Assembly: GCA_963666215.2 (NCBI GenBank)
Contig: CAXWPL010000005.1
Location: 128,001 to 192,000, forward strand
Length of the DNA: 64,000 nt
Direction of reading: 5' to 3'
From: Acidobacteriota bacterium
GTDB lineage: Bacteria; Acidobacteriota; UBA890; WLXD01
In this document: piece after piece, positions 59,764 to 64,000 of the stretch
Layout of the letters: every line of letters begins with the position of its first letter
How positions within the stretch are numbered: position 1 is the stretch's first letter
Translations under genes and position numbers: made by a program
The notes under the pieces: generated by a model
Databases searched by the model: none
What the model saw: the letters and a program-made list of their open reading frames with translations, nothing else
What the model was told of the DNA's origin: nothing

Positions 59764-59919
59764 CGCTCCGCACGCCTCCCCAGGTGCACGCTCATTCGTT
59801 CGCGTGGAAAGTTATCGTCGGCGCTGACCCGAACGACGCGCGGGCGCCAGGCGTGGAAGGCGCCGGTATGGGCGTCCGACGAACCCGACGATCCCTGGCC
59901 GTGCCAGATTATCTCTTGT

Positions 59920-60759
59920 TTATCGCTGCCCAATGACGCTCGGCAACGCGGCCAGAGCGTCCAGGGCCCGCTGCGCATGCGCCGTTCCCGGCGCGGCGCG
60001 CAACACCTCCTGCAGGTGCTCGCGCGCCCGTCTGTCCTCGCCCAGATCACGATAGGCCAGACCGGTCAGAAGCTCGGCCTCGGCGTGCTTGCGTTGTCCG
60101 CCCACCAGATCGCGCAACGTAGCGAGCGTTTCTTCGCCTCGCCCGCTCTTGAGCAGCGACTCGGCGAGATTCACACGAATCAGCGAGTACAGCGGATCGC
60201 TGGTCGCCATGCCGGTCTGATTGGCCTCACTCAACACCGCGATCGCAGCGCCCAGATCGCCGCGCTCGATATGGACCACACCGAGGTTGGCGAGCACTCG
60301 TGCGCGCGAGATGGGTGGAAAGGCCGGATCGCGCAGGGCGAGCATGTACTCGGCCACCGCGCGATCGAGGTCCCCGCGGCGGGCCCAGTAAACGCCGAAC
60401 CAATTGTGCGCCTCGGTGAGCCGCGGGTTCGTCGCGAGGGCGCGCCCGAAGGAGGCCTCTGCACCGTCGAGATCATTGAGCTGGGTGAGCGCCACACCGA
60501 CCCACATGTGGGTCTCGGCGTTGTCCGGGACCGTCTGCAGCGCTTTGTTGAGCGCCGCGAGCGCATCCTGAGGCTGGTTCACCCGGATGAACTGAATCGC
60601 CAGATGCTGCAACTCGAGCGGATCCTCGGCGACGGCAATCAGCGGATCAACCCGCTGGGCCCACGCGAGGCCGGGCAGCGCCAGCCACAGCGCGGCGAGC
60701 GATAACAGCAGAAAAGCCGCAGACGACCGCGGCGCACGACCGATGGTGCTTGTGCACAT
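59920..60759 (-). CDS. Secreted TPR protein (PilF/PilW-like)
   Basis: Signal peptide ending AWAQ; tandem TPRs including EAHNWFGV...ALRDPAF...VLANLG. Confidence 0.75.
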   Translation of the reverse strand: MCTSTIGRAPRSSAAFLLLSLAALWLALPGLAWAQRVDPLIAVAEDPLELQHLAIQFIRVNQPQDALAALNKALQTVPDNAETHMWVGVALTQLNDLDGAEASFGRALATNPRLTEAHNWFGVYWARRGDLDRAVAEYMLALRDPAFPPISRARVLANLGVVHIERGDLGAAIAVLSEANQTGMATSDPLYSLIRVNLAESLLKSGRGEETLATLRDLVGGQRKHAEAELLTGLAYRDLGEDRRAREHLQEVLRAAPGTAHAQRALDALAALPSVIGQR

Positions 60760-60956
60760 AGACCCACCCCTGTCGACGATCCGGATGTACCGATCTCGCC
60801 CCCGTCGCAGATGGTAACCCAAGGGGCCGCCCGCGCGCACTCACGGCGTCGAATGACGCGAATGCGGGCGGCGCCTGATCAGCGCCAGATCAGCGCGGAT
60901 CGGCCGGTCGGCGCGCTTCCTCGCCGCCGCAGCGGACCAGCCCTCGGTGCTCGTGG

Positions 60957-61997
60957 CTACTCTTCGACCAGGGCGCGGGCCAGCAGCTCATCGATAGCGG
61001 TTCGGGGATCTTTGCCGCCATGCAAGATATCGTAAACTTGATTGGTGATCGGCAGCTCAACGCCGTGCCGATCTGCAACCTGGCGTGCTGAGGTCACCGT
61101 GACAACGCCCTCGGCGACCATGCTCATGCCCGCCGTGACCTCCGCCAAGCTCCTGCCTCCCCCAACCTCCAGGCCCACCTGACGGTTGCGGCTCAGCGGC
61201 CCGGTGCAGGTCAAGACGAGGTCGCCGAGCCCAGCCAGGCCGGCGAGCGTTTGCGGTTGCCCGCCGAGTGCTGCCGCCAGCACCGACATCTCCTTGAGAC
61301 CGCGACAGATGAGACCGGCACGGGTGTTCGTGCCGAGACCCAGCCCGTCGGAAATACCCGCGGCCAGCGCGATCACGTTCTTCAGTGCGCCGCCGAGCTC
61401 AACACCCACCAGGTCGGAGTTCCGATAAACCCGCAGAGGCCCGTGACTGAGAGCCCGCTGTACACGCTCGGCCGACGATGCATCCAGGCAGCCTAGCGTC
61501 ACGGCCGTCGGTTGTCCCTGAGCCAGCTCTAGCGCGAACGACGGCCCCGAGAGAGCCGACAGTCGTGCTCGGTCACCGATACATGTGGCAAGCACCTCCG
61601 TCATCCGCAGTCCGCTGTCGGGCTCGATTCCCTTGGTCGCCGACACGACGTCGATCGCGTCGGGCAGGAGCTGGGCCAACTGCTGCCAGGTTCCGCGAAG
61701 AAACTTTGAGGGCACGACGCTGAGCACCAGCTCGGCGCTCTGCAGCGCGACGGCCGCATCGGACGTTGGAGTGACGAGCTCGTGGAGCTTGATCTGCGGC
61801 AGGTAGCGGTTGTTCCGCCGGTCGGCCGCCATCCTGGCCACACGCTCTGGGTGGCGCCCCCAAAGGCGCACCGTATGACCGCTGCGCGCGGCGTGGTGAG
61901 CGAGCGCGGTCCCCCACGAGCCAGCGCCGACAACTGCGACTCGTAACGAACGTGGTGAGCGCTCGGCTTCGTGGGTTGGGCTGTCACAACCGGTCAC
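60957..61997 (-). CDS. gpsA: NAD(P)H-dependent glycerol-3-phosphate dehydrogenase
   Basis: GAGSWGTAL, TKGIE, SGPSFA, GGALKNVIA, GLGDLVLTC, SRN and AEGV. Confidence 0.97.
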   Translation of the reverse strand: MTGCDSPTHEAERSPRSLRVAVVGAGSWGTALAHHAARSGHTVRLWGRHPERVARMAADRRNNRYLPQIKLHELVTPTSDAAVALQSAELVLSVVPSKFLRGTWQQLAQLLPDAIDVVSATKGIEPDSGLRMTEVLATCIGDRARLSALSGPSFALELAQGQPTAVTLGCLDASSAERVQRALSHGPLRVYRNSDLVGVELGGALKNVIALAAGISDGLGLGTNTRAGLICRGLKEMSVLAAALGGQPQTLAGLAGLGDLVLTCTGPLSRNRQVGLEVGGGRSLAEVTAGMSMVAEGVVTVTSARQVADRHGVELPITNQVYDILHGGKDPRTAIDELLARALVEE

Positions 61998-62015
61998 TGA
62001 GATCCTCGCTCTAGG

Positions 62016-63058
62016 TGTGTTTTCTAAGTAGGTTGTTCACATCGGGGCTCACTTCTGAGATCAATGGGGTTGTTCAAAAGACTCCACGACCTCAGAAGGA
62101 GCGCCCGATGCAGCTGCATGGTAACGCCCGCACGACGCCGTATATACGCCGAGAGATGGTCCGCCGAGTCCGGGAGCGGGCGGAGCCCGTGACGGAAACG
62201 GCGGCGGCGCTCGGCGTGTCGGCTCGAACGGTTTACAAGTGGCTGGATAGATACGAGCGAGAAGGTGAGGCCGGGCTGCTCGATCGATCAAGCCGGCCGA
62301 CGTGCTGTCCGCACGCAACAAGCGCTGGAGTTGTGAGGCAGATCGACAAGCTACGTCGGCGGCGACTGACGGCCTGGCAGATCAGCCGAAGGTTGGCTGT
62401 GCCGCGCTCGACCGTCTCGGCGTGGCTGAAGCGGCTCGGACTCGCCAAGCTTGATGCGCTCGAGCCCAAGCCCGAGATCGTTCGCTACGAGTACGAGCAC
62501 CCCGGTGACCTACTGCACCTGGATACGAAGAAACTGGCCCGTATCCGGCGACCTGGACACCGCATCCACGGCGACCGCTCCAAGCGGGCCTACGGCGTCG
62601 GCTGGGAGAACGCCCACGTCGCTATCGACGATCACTCTCGGGTGGCGTACGTCGAAGTGCTGCCCGCCGAAGACCAACACACCTGCACAGCGTTCCTGCA
62701 GCGAGCCGTCGAGCACTTCGCTTCGATGGGAGTAGCGGTGCGCCGAGTGATGACAGACAACGGGCCTGGCTACGTCTCGAAGCGCTTCAATCGCCTATGC
62801 CATCAACTCGAGATCCGGCACATTTACACCCGGCCCTACACCCCCAGAACCAACGGCAAAGCCGAACGCTTCATCCGCACACTCAAGGAGCAGTGGGCCT
62901 ACGGCACCTGCTACCAGACCTCAGCTCGACGTACTCGAGCTCTACGGCCCTGGCTCAACCACTACAATCGTCACCGTCCCCACGCCGGCATCGGCATGAC
63001 ACCGCCGATCGCTCGGCTCTCAGGGGTGAGTTCGTGAACAACCTACCTAGAACTCACA
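62016..63058 (+). mobile_element. IS481-family insertion sequence, 1043 bp
   Basis: TGT...ACA ends; 25-bp terminal IRs (62016-62040 and 63034-63058, 22/25 identical); flanking direct repeat TCTAGG at 62010-62015 and 63059-63064. Confidence 0.95.
62108..63037 (+). CDS. IS481-family DDE transposase
   Basis: HGNARTT, HTH GVSARTVYKW, DRSSRP; D (LHLDTKK), D (MTDNG) and E (NGKAERF); AAGGAG SD. Confidence 0.95.
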   Translation: MQLHGNARTTPYIRREMVRRVRERAEPVTETAAALGVSARTVYKWLDRYEREGEAGLLDRSSRPTCCPHATSAGVVRQIDKLRRRRLTAWQISRRLAVPRSTVSAWLKRLGLAKLDALEPKPEIVRYEYEHPGDLLHLDTKKLARIRRPGHRIHGDRSKRAYGVGWENAHVAIDDHSRVAYVEVLPAEDQHTCTAFLQRAVEHFASMGVAVRRVMTDNGPGYVSKRFNRLCHQLEIRHIYTRPYTPRTNGKAERFIRTLKEQWAYGTCYQTSARRTRALRPWLNHYNRHRPHAGIGMTPPIARLSGVSS

Positions 63059-63816
63059 TCTAGGTGCGTGTCTTGGCTCCGACCCACAGTCTCCTGGGGC
63101 TCGCCAGGCTCGGCAACTCCGCCCGTCAACGAATCCGGATGCGGACCCCGATCGCGATCCGGCTCGCCCTCGGTACCGGCGCGAAGTCGATCGATGTTCG
63201 TCCGATGACGCCAGACCACCAGTATGAGCGTTGCCGTCGCCGCCAACTGTGTGGCAAGCGGCTGAGACAACGCCCAGCTGCCCACCACGAGCATCATGGC
63301 GGCGGCGAGCGAGCCCACCGACGCGAACCGCCAGACCCCCGCCGCGGCAATGAACGCCACAACTGCAGCCAGCGCCACGGCGGGCGCCAGCACCGCGAAG
63401 GAACCCAGCATCGTCGCCACGCCCTTGCCGCCTCGCCAACCCAGCCACGGCGTGTAGCAGTGTCCCAAGATGGCCCCGAACGCGACGGCGGCCGGCAGCC
63501 AACCGGCGTCCACGCTCGATCCGAATCCACCGAGCGCAGTCGCGTTGGCGGTTGCCTCGAGCCGGCTCGCCGCCGTGCTCGACTCCCAACCCTGGGCCAT
63601 CGCGACCGCCACAGCTCCCTTGCCCGCGTCGGCGAGCAGAGTCGCCAACCACCCGACGCGCCCGAGCTCCCTGGAAACGTTGGTCGCGCCAATGTTGCCG
63701 GTCCCGACGTCGCGGATGTCGGTGCCACGCAAGCCGCGCACGAACAGATATCCAAACGGGATGCTCCCGAGAAGAAACGCCGCGATCACGAGCCCAACCA
63801 CCGCGATGAAGCTCAT
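63043..63816 (-). CDS. plsY: Glycerol-3-phosphate acyltransferase PlsY (last 5 codons now supplied by the IS end)
   Basis: LGSIPFG, GTGNIGATN, DAGKG, GH..P..GGKGVAT and RHRTNIDRL. Confidence 0.95.
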   Translation of the reverse strand: MSFIAVVGLVIAAFLLGSIPFGYLFVRGLRGTDIRDVGTGNIGATNVSRELGRVGWLATLLADAGKGAVAVAMAQGWESSTAASRLEATANATALGGFGSSVDAGWLPAAVAFGAILGHCYTPWLGWRGGKGVATMLGSFAVLAPAVALAAVVAFIAAAGVWRFASVGSLAAAMMLVVGSWALSQPLATQLAATATLILVVWRHRTNIDRLRAGTEGEPDRDRGPHPDSLTGGVAEPGEPQETVGRSQDTHLDVSSR

Positions 63817-63858
63817 CTCGACCTCACGCCCCGCGCTCGGAGCGGACTTCGTGCCGGC

Positions 63859-64000
63859 TCATGCCTGGTCCTGCCGCTGTGGGCTGCCGCGCAGCGCCTG
63901 CTCGGTGATCAGCTCCATGAGCTCGAGCACCGCCGAGCGCCGCACCTCTTCTCGTGAACCACCGAAAGAACGCCGAACGCAGATCGTCTCGCTGTTGCGA
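63859..64000 (-). CDS. C-terminal end of a CinA/PncC-family protein (partial)
   Basis: Manual translation ...ETICVRRSFGGSREEVRRSAVLELMELITEQALRG...* fits the FxGxRxxVRxxAV CinA C-terminus. Confidence 0.65.
   Translation of the reverse strand, partial: RNSETICVRRSFGGSREEVRRSAVLELMELITEQALRGSPQRQDQA

Noticed and set aside
59843-59868. SRP (4.5S) RNA next to ftsY, suggested by CAGG...GGAA
   Set aside because: It lacks the AGCAG strand and a paired stem under the GGAA loop
63823-63862. 12-codon ORF overlapping the cinA stop before plsY
   Set aside because: It ends before plsY, which has its own GAGG SD, so it is probably chance

Overview
A high-GC, gene-dense stretch of bacterial core chromosome. 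Gene order and protein style suggest Acidobacteriota, which is an inference. In order along the window it holds: (1) a crotonase-hbd-thiolase-LeuB-like cluster; (2) an envelope cluster (VanZ, a 57-aa membrane protein, a DUF6677-like protein, a TPR/SLH lipoprotein), then miaA, exbD, exbB, tonB, a lipoate ligase, ald, a bactofilin, tRNA-Gly(CCC) and a GcdH-like dehydrogenase; (3) iscS-mnmA, rnc and rlpA; (4) divergent pyrKD and pyrRBCE with a PyrR attenuator; (5) a long minus-strand run valS-birA-aspS-phoH-7TM/HD-ybeY::era-mgtE-recO-mutL; (6) rsmA-uppP-ftsK; (7) an S55 protease, beta-propeller and anti-sigma trio; (8) a minus-strand run cinA-plsY-gpsA-TPR-ftsY-ribD-ribE-ribBA-ffh-rpsP-khpA-rimM-trmD-rplS-rnhB-argS. 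The only mobile element is an intact IS481-family element (62016-63058, 6-bp target duplication) inserted in the last codons of plsY. The observations most worth following up are a single-ORF YbeY-Era fusion, an apparently circularly permuted SpoIVB/S55 protease module with a leader terminator and an orphan anti-sigma kinase, an unannotated ~180-nt rod-shaped 6S-like RNA upstream of tonB, a probable CTG start for birA, and several translation-control elements. All calls come from motif recognition and manual base-pairing; no searches were run.
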